Assembly: GCA_020137815.1 (NCBI GenBank)
Contig: CM035357.1
Coordinates: 7,068,001 to 7,132,000, forward strand
Direction of reading: 5' to 3'
Length of the DNA stretch: 64,000 nucleotides
Source: Hormiphora californensis
Taxonomy: Eukaryota > Animalia > Ctenophora
Below, one piece after another: positions 13,631 to 27,093 of the stretch; position 1 is the stretch's first letter, and every line of letters begins with the position of its first letter. Both the position numbers and the translations under genes were made by a program. The notes under the pieces were generated by a model. That model was not told the DNA's origin. It did no database searches and worked only from the letters and a program-made list of their open reading frames with translations.

Positions 13631-14903
13631 GGACCAGTTAAGTAAAACCTTCAAAACCTCATAACCTCTTTTGATTATCTCTGTACTGGTCTGGAGCCTC
13701 GAGGAAAGATCTCCCCTGAGGCTCAAGCGCTGCCTGCCACTCTCAGATGACTGGGACTCTGTCCCTGCCCCCTGGACACCCTGGCGGCGAGGCTGCAGCT
13801 CTTGGCGTATGGTTTCAGTGAAGGTTGCATTCTACAGCGAATACTAACGCATGTCTGTATGTGTGGCTAATTCCAAGGCCAAGGGCTCATCATGCTGTCG
13901 TCGGAGGAGTCGAGGCGGGAGGCCCGAGGGGTCGGCCATTCAACCAACGAGGGAAACTTCGAACTTTTTTCTATTTCAGATTTTAAAATCTTTAGAATTT
14001 TTCATATCAAGTTTAAAAAAAATTACGAGCTCTGCGCCGCGCGTGAGAACTATGTGCACGCGCGATTTTTAAACAATCTGCGATGTAATAATGCGCCGCG
14101 CAATGCAATCAATGAGCGCAGCCGCGCGATCGCGAACTAAAAATGTAACCTAAAAATTTAATTTTTTGAAAAGCGCTGCCTTATCCCGCGCTGCCTTATC
14201 CCGCGCTGCCAGCAACGTTTGCCAATTTAATTTTCGTTTTTGAAACAAAATTTTTGGTTTTGCCCCCTCGGGCCTCGGCCCCTACCCTCCACCCTGCTCT
14301 TGGGGCTCTGCCCCTACCACCCCTGATTGGGGGGGGGGGGGGTCATTCCCCTGACCGAGGCTGCCGCCCTTGGCCCTGGACGGCGGACGCACAGACCGGA
14401 GGCCCAGGTCCGTGCCTGTCTAAAACAAGGTGTTTCAAGCTACCACGATTCCCTGTATTAAAATCCTTTGTAATTATTGTACATAACTGTGATTTTTAGT
14501 TTGTTTGCCATCCTGCAAAGTGCAATCTGTACTCACCGATGCCCATTTGCAGCTAGCGGTAGTGGCACGGTGCATGGTAACCACTAACCATGCCTCAAAC
14601 ATTCTACTTTCATTAGCATTTTAATTAAGCATTCATAATCCGTACAAAAGTTTCGTTAATAAATGTAAAGAAACACTACAATAAACAATCACTCATCGTC
14701 ACAGCGTTTTGGGAGATTTCAAGAGTAAAATATTTCGCTATCCCAATCTATTCAAATTCGTGGCGCCGACTTGTCGTTCGTTTCTGTCCTTTTTAGTTTT
14801 CCACTGCTGAAGGAGCTGATAGAATCAAGTAGGGCTGCTTTCCCTCCTCCATTTTGAGTTCCTGAAACAAGATTTTGAACAATTTATAATTCCAGTAGAT
14901 CAA

Positions 14904-16284
14904 ATGGCGGGTACAGCAGTTGAGGTTGGGTTTACAGATAAACTAGAGAACCCCCTTCTCTTTTCCCCGGAATACTTTCCATCTAAAATTGGAGGACATC
15001 CCGCTTGGTTGAACCCATCAAATCTTCCACTTGTTCCTACGTGCCCTTATTGTTCTGATCCATTGATCTTCTTCGCTCAAATTTACGCAGGTTGGTCAGT
15101 AGTTAACTTAGATTTTACTAAGCAATCGAAAACATTCCTTGTTTCGTTTCAACATGCTCCTATTCCAGGACTAGATCGGCCAGGTAACGGGTACCACAGG
15201 GCGATCTACCTGTTTTGCTGTAGGAGGGGATCATGTTATAAGGATGGCCAACAACCTATCAAGGCATTCAGGAGCCAGATAGCAGCGGATAACCCCTACT
15301 ACGGCCTACAAGATGTCCCAGAAGGTAAGAAGACAATTCTCCTGAAATTAACAAGTATCGAGAAAGATGTTACCATCATCTATCTGATTCATTTTCTAAA
15401 ACTTACCTCCCTTACTCAGGTGATGCGGATACCAATACAATTGGTGTAAATAAGAGCTTTGCCAAGAGTCACAATGGGCACATGGCTATTTGTGGTGTGT
15501 GTGGGTGCCGGGCCCCTCTCAAGTGCTCAAAGTGCCACCAAGGTAAGTGACAAGGAGAGTCACACTGTTATAACATCAATCTTATAGCCCTCAAATTTAT
15601 TGAAGTGCATTCTTATCTCGCTGGTGTTGTACTCTGGCAGTGAAATCATTACCATTTTCTAATCCAGTACAATCCCTCCCTACAGTTGCATACTGCAGTA
15701 AGCAGCACCAGAAGTTTGACTGGCAAGACCACAAGCACTCCTGTACCCCCTCCAAAACACTTCCCTTACCATCCTACCTTACCAAGAGCACCCTACTCTT
15801 CCGGGAATTCGATATCATGATCGAGCGAGAGAAGGAGCGGGAGAAGGAAAACCTTTCTGAGGAGTTGCTGGCCAAGATAAAGGAGCAGAGTAGTGAGTAT
15901 AGCACGATGACTGCTGCTGATGAGGAGAGTCTGACAAAGGAGTACGGTGTTGATGGAGATCCTGTTTTTACAAAGTTCAAGGAGCGAGTTTCGAGAGATC
16001 CACAGCAGGTTCTCAGATACTCCCGACATGATACCCCACTCTGGCCCACTGCTGCTAATAGATGTGAGACGGTACCAGTGTGTGGGGTTTGTGGGGGAGA
16101 GAGGAGTTTTGAGGTTCAGTTCCTACCCACTCTGCTGTATGTACTGGATGTGGGTAAGGAGAGTGATGGTGTGGACTGGGCTAGTATTGTTGTGTGGACG
16201 TGTAGGGAGGACTGCGAGGTAGATGAGTATGTTGAGGAGTTCTGTTGGGTCCAACAGTACCCTGCTGAGACTAAAAGTAAATAG
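14904..16284 (+). CDS. PDCD2: Programmed cell death protein 2 (uS5 chaperone, MYND zinc finger), 4 exons (14904-15090, 15169-15324, 15420-15542, 15686-16284)
   Basis: SKIGGHPAWL, QIYA, YHRAIYLFCC, FRSQ; MYND finger CGVC...CSKC...YCSKQHQ..DW..HK..C; C-terminal QVLRY...C..CG..R.FEVQ..P...DW.SIVVWTC. Confidence 0.95.
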
Positions 16285-17210
16285 AACACCTGACATCCTC
16301 CGTGGTGACTGGTGTGAGAGAGGGGCAAATGTGTTACTGAGGACATGTGCTGCTCTCACACCTTTTGAAAGTGGGGACCAATGGCGGAGGTGATTTGTTT
16401 TAATCATGTTTTTTTTTAAGTTATTCCTTTACACAGCCCCAACACCTTGTTTGTTTTACAGAATATTTGACACACCAAATCCGGGGCGTGGAGAGAGAGA
16501 GGGTCGAGTAGCATGGGGGAACCAAATCAATAGAATCATATTTAACAGTTGTCTGAAATTAAAAGTAACGTACAACATAATCACGTACATTGTCATAGTT
16601 TGATTTGATATAATCACACGGGTTTAAATAAAGTAAAACAACTTATATATAGATTTCAGTTCTCATTAGATAATATGATAGATCTATTAAAATACAGCTA
16701 TTAAACTAAAAACTAAGCGCTAAAAGTCTTTATGTCATATAAAACTTGACAAATACAAATATAAATCGCTCTGTGTCATGATTTGTAGGTATAGTTTTTA
16801 CCGAACAAGGTTATCTGGACATCTTCTATGTCTGAAAATTAGGTTACACTGAATTAGTTACACACAATTAACAAGTAAAATTAGACATTTAGATAATAAG
16901 TGATTTAATAACAGTAACACAGCACAGAGCCTAATATTATTAGTAATACTCACGGGGAAGTGGTGCTGCAGTAGTTCCACTCTCACTAGGTGCTGCAGCT
17001 GGTGCAGGAGGGGCCTGGAAATAATTTTAATATTTTGGAAACATTCGAGTTTTCCCAAATCCCACCAACCATCATACGCTCTAATTCTATTCCATTTGAA
17101 ATCCAGTCCCTAATTTCCCACTACACAACTCCCACATTCTAATTCTGAGCCCCCTGACCAGTCTTTGTTTCCCATTCCCTAACTAAAATCTCTCCTAAAA
17201 AGTTTGAAAC

Positions 17211-20200
17211 ATGGTTGACCCGGGCCCTGGTGAATCCTGGGAAGACCTGGTTAGATTTCACACTACCAATGTAGAGACTCTACCCCTGCTACGAGACTCA
17301 ACCTTCCTGGGCCCACCGTATAGTGTCAGTGTGGAGCGGTTAACTAGATTCCCTGGACCCCCCAACCCCTTCAGACTGGAAACCATTAGAAATCCAGTTA
17401 CCGGGGAAATGCTTTACAGGTAAAAACAGGTCTAAGATTTTAAACTCATAACAAAAATGCCCCCACTTGAGTTTTGTGAAATTGCCCACGGTCATAGCTC
17501 CAATCCCTGATGAGATTTCAAATTTGGAGGTTAGGAAGAACTCAACATTCACTAACAGCTGTACTGTCACCAGAAAAGAAGTGACTGGAGAGGTGAAGGG
17601 TCTGAGTAAGAGTGCCCGGAGTTACACCTCTCGTAGGCCCACAGCAGATGGGGGAGCTAAGGGGTCCATAACTGCGACCCACTTCTGGGCTGGTGGACTG
17701 AGTGAGGATGAGAGTGAGGGAGAGGACCTGGATGAAGGGGTGAGTCTGTGGAAAAGAGATCAGTACAGGGAAGTGGTGATTGAAATCGGCCTAAAATTAT
17801 TGTGTGACAATTTAATTTGTTGACATTTTTCACATCGGATTACTTTGTCCACTGTATAAATCATTCTTCTCTCCCTACAACACCGCTGACCTCTTCAGGA
17901 AGACTTGAGGCTGGATCTGAACAACCTGAAGACCATCCCACCTGGGTTACCAAGAGGGGCCCAGTTTGGGGAAGAGATGGTGATTGGTCTGGACAACGAA
18001 CCAGCTGACATTCAGGTACCTGGGTTGTCGAATAACAGTCCAGTTAGAGATTTTGCGACTGACGTTAGTTACAATGAAGCAGGCCCCTGCTGACACTGCT
18101 GACACTGCCGCGCGCGCTACTTTACATGCAATTCACATCGAAAACCCTGCTAGTCAACGAAGATTTGGCGCGCACAGGGACTGTCCCAGCTTGCGCCAGT
18201 TGCAGACTGGAGGCTGGCGCCAGAAACTGGAGCCAGCCTCCAATCTGCAACTGGAGCGTAAGGGAGGGTAGCGGGGTTTTGAAGCTGTTTTAATGGTCCT
18301 ACCATCTTGTTTTTAAATTACTCGAACTAAACTCGAGGTGCTTAGGAGCGTGGTAGCTTATTATAATATCACCCAAACCATGTCTACAGGAGCTGATAAA
18401 GAAGTTAGATCAGGCTGCGAAGGAAGAGGAGGAAGCAGGGAGGGAGAAACAGAGGAAGATATCAACAAGACTAGAACTCAACGAAGAAGAAGAAGAGGAG
18501 GAACAGAAAGTGAGGTAACAAAGTCTTTGTAAATTAGGGTGAAAATATGATACCAAAGGAAACAAGTTAGTTCAAGTACCTCAACTCCTGTCAAAATATG
18601 ATATACAGATACTGACAGTTATGGCGTCTGGTGTTTCATGATATTTCATAGTCGTGTTATAAGCTGCTTATTCACTGATCAATTTCAGATACAAATGGGC
18701 GGTAACCCTGGATTCTGAGAGTGCTGTTCCTGAGTTTGATACCCAAATTGTAAACTTGGCATACGAGTTTCCATTTACCCTAGATTCCTTCCAGAAACAG
18801 GTTAATTTCTGAGATCTGTTAACCAATTTATTTTCCATCAATAAAACAAGCTGACTGAGTGCTCAGCTGCTGACTGCTACTAACACACTCTCTCTAAACA
18901 GGCAGTACTAAAACTCCACTCCCACGACAATGTAATGGTAGCAGCCCACACAAGTGCCGGTAAGACAGTGGTTGCAGAATATGCTATAGCACTGTCCAAA
19001 CATCACATGACCAAAGTTATCTACACCTCACCTATCAAGGCGTTATCCAACCAGAAATTCAGGTGAATACCCCCCTACCGTCTCCCTGCTGAAAACTGGT
19101 CGAGTTTTTAGTTAAAATTTCGTAACCAATCGATTTCTTTGGTGTAATCTGTGTGATATTTGTTAAAATGGTTTACATAACGAATATTATCAGTCAGTTA
19201 CTGAGTTCAAATATATCTGTTATTATCAATTCCCTCTCTACCACACAGAGACTTCAAGGAAAAGTTTGGTGATGTCGGTCTACTAACGGGGGACATCCAG
19301 ATTAACACGACAGCCCAGTGTCTGATAATGACTACTGAAATTCTGAGGAGTATGCTGTATAATGGTTCAGATATTACTCGGGATTTAGAGTGGGTCATAT
19401 TTGATGAGGTCAGTTTCATTAACTTCATTAAAAATGGATGTATACAGTTAATAGTGGTAGTACTTAGAAGTTCCCTAAAAAATGTTGATTTTGATGCATT
19501 GAGCACTCCCCTAGTTGTTCTCTCCATCTTATTAAAATGTTTCTCCGTGGAGAAAAGAAGCTGGTGTATCACCATGTGTTATTCCAGTGATTCCCCTTCC
19601 AAACAGTAACGAGTGTGAGAACAGGGTACAGAGAAGAGCAACTCTTTTGTGCCTTACTATTCCACACTTACAATTCATATCAACATTTTGATCCTCCTAA
19701 TCCATCGTGACCTCAATACCTTCTAAACCATAACACCCCCTGTCCCAGTCACCCCCCCCCCCCCCCCCAGGCCCCCACCCCAGATCCAACACCCCCTACA
19801 GGTGCACTATATCAATAACGAAGATAGGGGTGTGGTGTGGGAGGAGGTGCTGATCATGCTACCGGAACATGTATCAGTCATCCTCCTATCTGCTACAGTA
19901 GCCAATGTTACAGACTTTGCAGAATGGGTTGGTGAGTTTTAGAGTCTCAGTGATTGATTGTGTGTGAGGTCATTAAACTTTGCTTGCCCCATCTTCCTGC
20001 AACCTCTCCTATACCCCCTGCTACTATCCAGTTGAACAGCACTTGATTACAGGAAACACTAAAAAGAAGAATGTGTATGTTGTTAAAACCATGAAGCGGC
20101 CCGTACCTCTGGAACACTTTCTGTATACCGGGAGCAACAAGAAAACTTGTAAAGAGTTGTATAAAATTGTAGCTGCTGGCAAGAAGACTTTTATTCCTGA

Positions 20201-22074
20201 GGGGTATAAGAAGGCAAAGGTGAGAGTGATATATACGAAGAAAAGGAGGGCTGGGACAACGAATTAATTTTGAACATGAAAATGGCTGAATTTAGAAATT
20301 TAGAGAAAGAATTGAAAATGAAAATCCCCAGGTATCACTTGAAACAAAGAAAGGGAAATCAGGTGGAGGTAGACCAAATACAACAACTGATCGGAACACA
20401 ATCTCCTCTCTAATCCACATGTTGGACCAAGGAATTCCTCCTTCCCGCTGTTGTGTTCATGTTCAGCAAAAAGAGAATCCGGGAATTAGTCGAGGGACTC
20501 AACTCACTTGATCTCACTGTGAGTAATTTCCTTATAGCAAAGGATCTGTGAGTTAGGGATATATCCTTTCCCCTAACTAGGGTTAGAAATAGCTCGGATT
20601 GGGAACAAATCTAACCCCTGCTCTCTCCCTATCCAAGACGGCAAAAGAAAAGAACCAGATCCGAGACTTTACTGGGAAGTGTGTGTCTCGTCTAAAGGCC
20701 CCTGACCAGATACTCCCACAAATACAGTTCCTCAGAGATCTCATGGAACGAGGTATGATTATCTCATACCATCTCAATTCGACCTATCTATCACACACTT
20801 CCACCTTCTAATTTCTATCTTCTTCCCCAGATCATCTTCACAATCTCTCCCATTTCCTCTTCTCTCCACAATATTAATTATTTTCGCTGGGAGTTCTACA
20901 TCCTGCCTCCCTCTTCTGAAGGTGGTTCACCTCTCTCCATCTCTCCCCCAGGTATTGCGGTTCACCACTCGGGTGTGCTGCCCCTTATGAAGGAAACTAC
21001 AGAGCTCCTCTTTGAGAGAGGTCTGATAAAGGTCCTGTTTGCCACTGAAACCTTTGCTATGGGGATCAACATGCCAACTAGGACTGTGGTGTTTGATCAG
21101 ATCAACAAGTGGGACGGTGGTGGTATAAGGTGAGTGGGGATCTCTTTTTTAGCTTTATCTCGATCTAGATTTTCCGTTTTGCAATGGGCTTTGCAATCTA
21201 ATCTGAAATTTAATTAAATCCTGTTAACTCAGTGACGATTCTGAGGAAGAACTCGCTCCCAGGCCAGTTTGTTCTCAAAACTTTTTTGTTGTGCGTCAAA
21301 TCCAACATGTTTTAGAGAACCGAATTGATTCAGTAGTCTTTGATACAGTGCATTTGCCTTGCTAATGCACATTTCAATATGATTTTGTTACTATCGTGGA
21401 AAATGGAAAGGAGTTTAGATATTCTATCCGTACAGAACATTTCGAGTTGGCCGTGCGACCAGAATCTTTATAATTATTATTATTTTTAGGCCCCTCCAAA
21501 CGAGTGAGTACATCCAGATGGCAGGTAGGGCGGGAAGAAGAGGAAAGGATGAGACGGGCACTGTGATTATCCTCTGCAAGGGAAAAGTTCCTGATTCGAT
21601 AGAGTTGGAATCAATGGTCCTGGTAGGTACTAAACTAAATGATTATCATTTGCTAGTGACATTAAACCGACCTAAAACCCTCTCGAAGCAACTTCTCCCA
21701 GTCTCTGTCACACTTTTGACATCAGAAGTGTCCTCTATGCAGTAACGCGCGGAACCACCACAGTAGCAGTCTGCGCGCGGACACAATACACTCCCTCTGA
21801 AACTCTCGAGATTCACACGCGACTCACATGTGAACCTCGAGACCTTCTACCTCACCATCTCAACTCACCTCACTCCTCAAATTAGATTATTCGTTATTTC
21901 AGGGGAAATCAGACGACCTCTCATCTCGGTTTAAACCAACATACAACATGATTCTAAGTGTAATGAAAGGAAACGATTTGAGAGTTGAAGATATGTTGAA
22001 ACGAAGCTTCGCAGAATATGAAGGGCAGGTGAGGTTTTACTCTCTATCTCCCGCTGTGTGTGTCTCTTTCTCAC

Positions 22075-22129
<55 letters not shown>

Positions 22130-25100
22130 ATCTCGCTCTCTCACTCAGGTGGAGTCTAGGGACTATAAGAAAGAGCGAAAGCAGCTAGAAAAGAAGCTAA
22201 CTTCAATGCACCCTGTAGAGTGCATGGTGTGTTCAGATCTTCCTGGCATGTACAATAAGGCTCTTGTTATGGTAGGTCCCTGATTTTCTATCTATCCGAA
22301 GGTTTAATCGGATATCCCCTCTAAAACCCCTTGTTTGTTGCGTCTGGAGGATGACCTAAAACCCCTTTATTCTTTATTCTTGGCAAAAATTCATTATGAA
22401 ACCATCAACTCCCCCTTCCTCACAGCTAGAACTGGAGATCAAGTGGCGTAACTCCGTGCTAAACACACCCCGGGTAGGGAAACTAATAACCCCTGGTAGA
22501 TGCGTCATGGTCAGTACTACCCAGTTCCCGTTCCATGTTGCGGTTGTGGTCCCTAGTGCTACATCAAGTAGTGGAGGAGGGGAGATGTACAGTGTGGTGG
22601 TGGTTCATGAGGGGGGAGGGTGGAATAGTGGAATTGCAGTGGAGAATCCAGGTATGAAATAAAGGAAGAGATAAAGAGACGTTGTTTGCAGTATTCCCAA
22701 TGAACTTTAATCGGTGAATTCAGATCTCTGAAAATATTCCTAATCCATTGTTTTGCAGATACAGAAAGATGGGAAAGACAGGTCAACTCAGTTCTCTCCT
22801 CGCCTGGTGTTATGCAGCACACATTGGCAAACTTCCATTTCCCCTCTGAGAACCCCACATTCACCCCTCTAACCGTTAATACTGGGCAAATTGCCAGCAT
22901 TCTTAATGAAAAGGTAGGTGTGCTGTACCTTTCGTAATCATGGTATTGGTAATCTTGTTCAGAGCGTGTCAGCATGAACTCTGAAGAAAAGTCGATTGAA
23001 GACAGTAATTCAGGCACCAGTGACCAGTCTTCAGGTATTACATATTATATCTCTGGAAGCTGATAACAATACCCTCCCCAGGTGACTCAAGACATGGAGG
23101 CGATTAGAAAGAGTTTGATGAAGCAGAAGTACAGTCCCCACAACTGGGATAGTACCTTCCTGGATATCCTTGTACGGGAGGTTCTACAGGTAATAATGGG
23201 GTCCACTTATACAACATGTTTCTCAGTAATTCTCATCGACTAAACGGTTCAGTGATGGGAAGTGAAACCTGGATGTGTTACCGCTAGGTGGACCTAACCA
23301 TGCCCCCTCCCTCCCTCATATGACCTCACTCTCATCTAAAATTATGTTTATTTCAGAAGCGGAAACTAACAGAGGTGAATTATGACATCAAAGATTTGGA
23401 GCTGGTTGAGTTACAAAAGAAGATGGAACGGCAGAGAGGTGCCCTGGGGAAGTTTAGTGTGAGCTGTCTACACTTCACCGATCACTTCCGACAAACTGGG
23501 TTAGTAATACACCAAATCTGATACTGATAGAGAGGATAGAACTGACATTATTTAGAAGGGGGTTGAAGTTAAAGCTAAAGAAGGAACACTGTTCCTGGAA
23601 CAGCCACCAATCACACCTCTTTTTGCAGACAAATGGAGTTCACTCGACAGGAGATAGAGAGACTCACATACCGGCTAAGTGATCAATCACTACACTTCCT
23701 CCCTGAATTCCAAACTCGTGTCAGGGTACTCCGACGTCTGGGATATCTTCGAGAAAATGATCAACTAAAACTAAAGGGTATGAAACGTCCCAATGTTGTG
23801 ACTCATATAATCTCATAGTATGAGATTAAGATAGCACGCCTGGGTATCTATGATCCTGCTAATTTAACACATCCTCCTTCCTCTCTATAACAGGCAAGGC
23901 AGCGTGTGCTATGAGTACCTCAGAGCTAGTTATTACTGAGTTGGTATTCGATAACTTCTTCAAAGATCTTGAAGTGGAAGCCATTGTTGCAATTCTCTCT
24001 TGCATGGTAAGGCACGTGTTCTAGAAGACATTATTGTAGAGCAGCCCTCTCGGCTTTATATATTGATCCCGACCGGCGACCGGGGAGCATCACAATTTGT
24101 CGTACTATGGTGGTACTTCAGAAGTTTTCTGCTTTATGCTTTCCACAATCTACGCGTTCACTAAATTTAGCCCCCAAGAAATTACGTTATCGTAGAGAAA
24201 TATTCTCGTTCTCCATCACCCATTTTCTCGATTGTTCCTCTTAGTTTCCTATGATCCAAACACCCAACCTTCCCTCCCAGGTGTTCCAACAGAAAAATGT
24301 ACAGTGTGAACCTGAGTGGACAGAGCAGCTTCTAAACGCTAAAACACGCTTCTTAAACCTGGCCAAAAGGTGATAAGGGGCAATTTAATAGCACTATATA
24401 TTGACCCATGGTGTAATACAACAAATGATAGTAAAGTTGGGTTGGGGTCTTGCTTGTGTATTCTAAACTACCATGAACGTCGAACTGCAACTGATAAACT
24501 CAACAATTTCCGGACCCACTACCCTTATTAATCGTTCATCTCACCTTCAGGATAGTAGAGGCGGAAGTACAAGAAGGCCTCATGAAAAGTGACGCTGAAT
24601 TCGAACAAGAATTCAAGTAAGTGACTAATATGAAGTAAAGAGTGCTCATTGCTCAACTAATCGATATGAGTTTAGAGTTAATAATAGAGTTATAATACCA
24701 AACGATAACTGTATTCTGAAACGTATCCCCAACCGCGGAGATTGTATACCAACCAAAACATTAATTTCACAATTATGTCACACTTCATACTTCATTGTTG
24801 CATTTCTCTTGTTCTCCGTTCTCGTTTCACATTGTTGCACATCAAGAGTCAACCACCCACAACTCACACTCAAACTACAATCATCATCACGTAACATGGG
24901 TATTTGTTACCACCCAACCGCCCCTCATTCTGTGTTCACTAGTTCCCTTCTAAATAGCGAGATTGTCGTCATCTGACAATTTGGCATGTCTGTCATGTCA
25001 ATCATGCTGTCGAGATTTGAGAGGGATGTGTGCCACACTGTGTGGTGTGTCACACAATGCACCGCCACTGCCAGACAGGGTAACTGAGTAACCAACCAAC

Positions 25101-26566
25101 CACCCCTTATAGTAATATTCACCACTTTCAAGTTCATCACTGTGTGTTCACTAGTTTCCTTCAACACTGTGTTAACAGGTTTGGAGCGGTGGAAGTGGTA
25201 TACAAGTGGGCCAAGGGGGAGCAGTTCTCCAAAATCATGGAGTGTACAGATGTGGACGAGGGAACTATTGTCAGGTCAGTAACTGGGGTATCCGGGGTGT
25301 TGTACTACAACTTTTAGAGCAAGTGGTGGGGAGGTGGTGGTTTTTAGTTGAAATGCCCTGTTTATTGGTTTGGTTTGGTTTGGTTTGGTTTGGTAGTACT
25401 ACGGTATAGCCACTGAGCAGCAAGCTACTGTCGGCACCGTTATAATAATAATAGGTAATAATATGGAAAGACACGGAGGAAGACTCAGATGTTCAGTACC
25501 ATCGTTTTGCCTAGCCTCCGGATATAATAAGAGATTTTGAAAAGTGTAAGATTTCAGCGTGAGATTGGGAAGAGGGTCAGAACTATGGAAGGGATTTTGG
25601 CTGGCTCTAGATCCCTATATCCTGGGGAGTAGAACGGGATACCGGCCAGTGGTCACGACCGACTGCAGACGACCGTCTGAGCCGACCGACACGGATACGT
25701 GTGTAGGAGCACGTGAAGCAATTAAAGAAAGTATATAGTACTTAATAAACCTAGACATGTAAACATGTAACTTAACAATCATGCTGAATAAAAGGGTAAT
25801 AAGAGCCTTCCCCGAAGGGAAAAGATTGCAGTCATAATGTCTGTTACCGGGTCTGTCCCCAACCCTCTCGATCTCTCAATTCTCAACCTCCCTGCTCGAT
25901 CTCAATTCCCCCGCTCAAACTCCCTGCTCAATCTCCAGCTTGGGTATGTATATAAAATATAGTAGACATATATGTATAATTGGTAATATGTAGGGGTATA
26001 AAGAAATGGGTAGAATATATAGGTATAAAACGGAATGAATAGGTCAATTGTTTATTGGTTGAGGAGAGATTCTTTCTTTTGTGTTGCACAATTATAAATT
26101 GCAGTGGCCCTATAATAGTTAGTGCGAGCCAAAGCCCCTTAGACAGTAATTATAATTACCAACTGGGATCAAGAGAGAACCTGGAAAGCAGCGGGGGGGG
26201 TGCAGGGACATGAGGGCGGGGAATGAGTGAGAGAGTCGTTAACTTCCAGTTCCCCTCTTACAGTTACTTCCTCTGAGGAAGTTCCTCATGTAAATTGTAA
26301 CAATACCCACATACTACACAGAGAGAGATACCCAGGGAGGGCCATGCTGACTAGACTGATTGATATCCCTTTTGTCGAGCGACCCCTTACTCAACCCACC
26401 CCCCCCCCCCCCCACCAGGTGTATAACAAGGCTGGACGAAGTGCTGAGGTGTATCAAAGATGTCTCCAAGATAGTGGGAGATGTTGATTTTGGAGAGAAG
26501 ATGGACCGTGCATCCAAATCTATCAGAAGGGACATTGTATTTGCAGCTAGTCTCTACGTTCAGTGA
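17211..26566 (+). CDS. SKIV2L: Ski2-like DExH RNA helicase of the SKI complex, multi-exon
   Basis: [75 protein letters not shown]-terminal [11 protein letters not shown]. The Ski2-type N-terminus (RNPVTG...FWAGG) favours SKIV2L over MTREX. One apparent +1 frameshift near 20424. Confidence 0.93.
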
Positions 26567-27093
26567 CACTTATTATTGAAAATTCAGATTCGGACATCTT
26601 TTTATTCTGTTTTTGTGATGATGAAAAAGGGAATTTTGTTGGATATTTGAGAATGTGAAACATAATATTTAAGGAAGTGACAAAGCTTTGCAAAGCCCGG
26701 ATGTATAGACTGAGATATGTGTACTGTTTTTAATTTGTTTACGCTCTGAGTGGGTAGATATGTCGTTTTGATTGGATCTCTAATTGGGCGCTAATTGGAT
26801 AATTAGGAGGGACCCTGACGGGACCACTAATTGAGGGGGAGAGAGTGATACGTAACACTGACAACTTCCGCCTCTCTACGTAGAATAATGTCAAGAATGG
26901 GACCCTCTCATAACCCCTCTTGTTTCTGTCTGCTGTCAGAGCATTGAACCGCGGTCAGACCATTGATCTGACAGTATTCAGTTCACTGTGCTTTTGGTTA
27001 TGTTTGCATGCTCACCTTTACCATCATTTGTTTCGAACCTGCTGTTTTTGTTTCCTAAACCACCATGTCCTTCCCTGGATGACAGTCCCTCCC

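Noticed and set aside
25545-26302. Possible solo LTR(s) in the last SKIV2L intron (TG...CA ends, AATAAA)
   Set aside because: No target-site duplication or second copy found.
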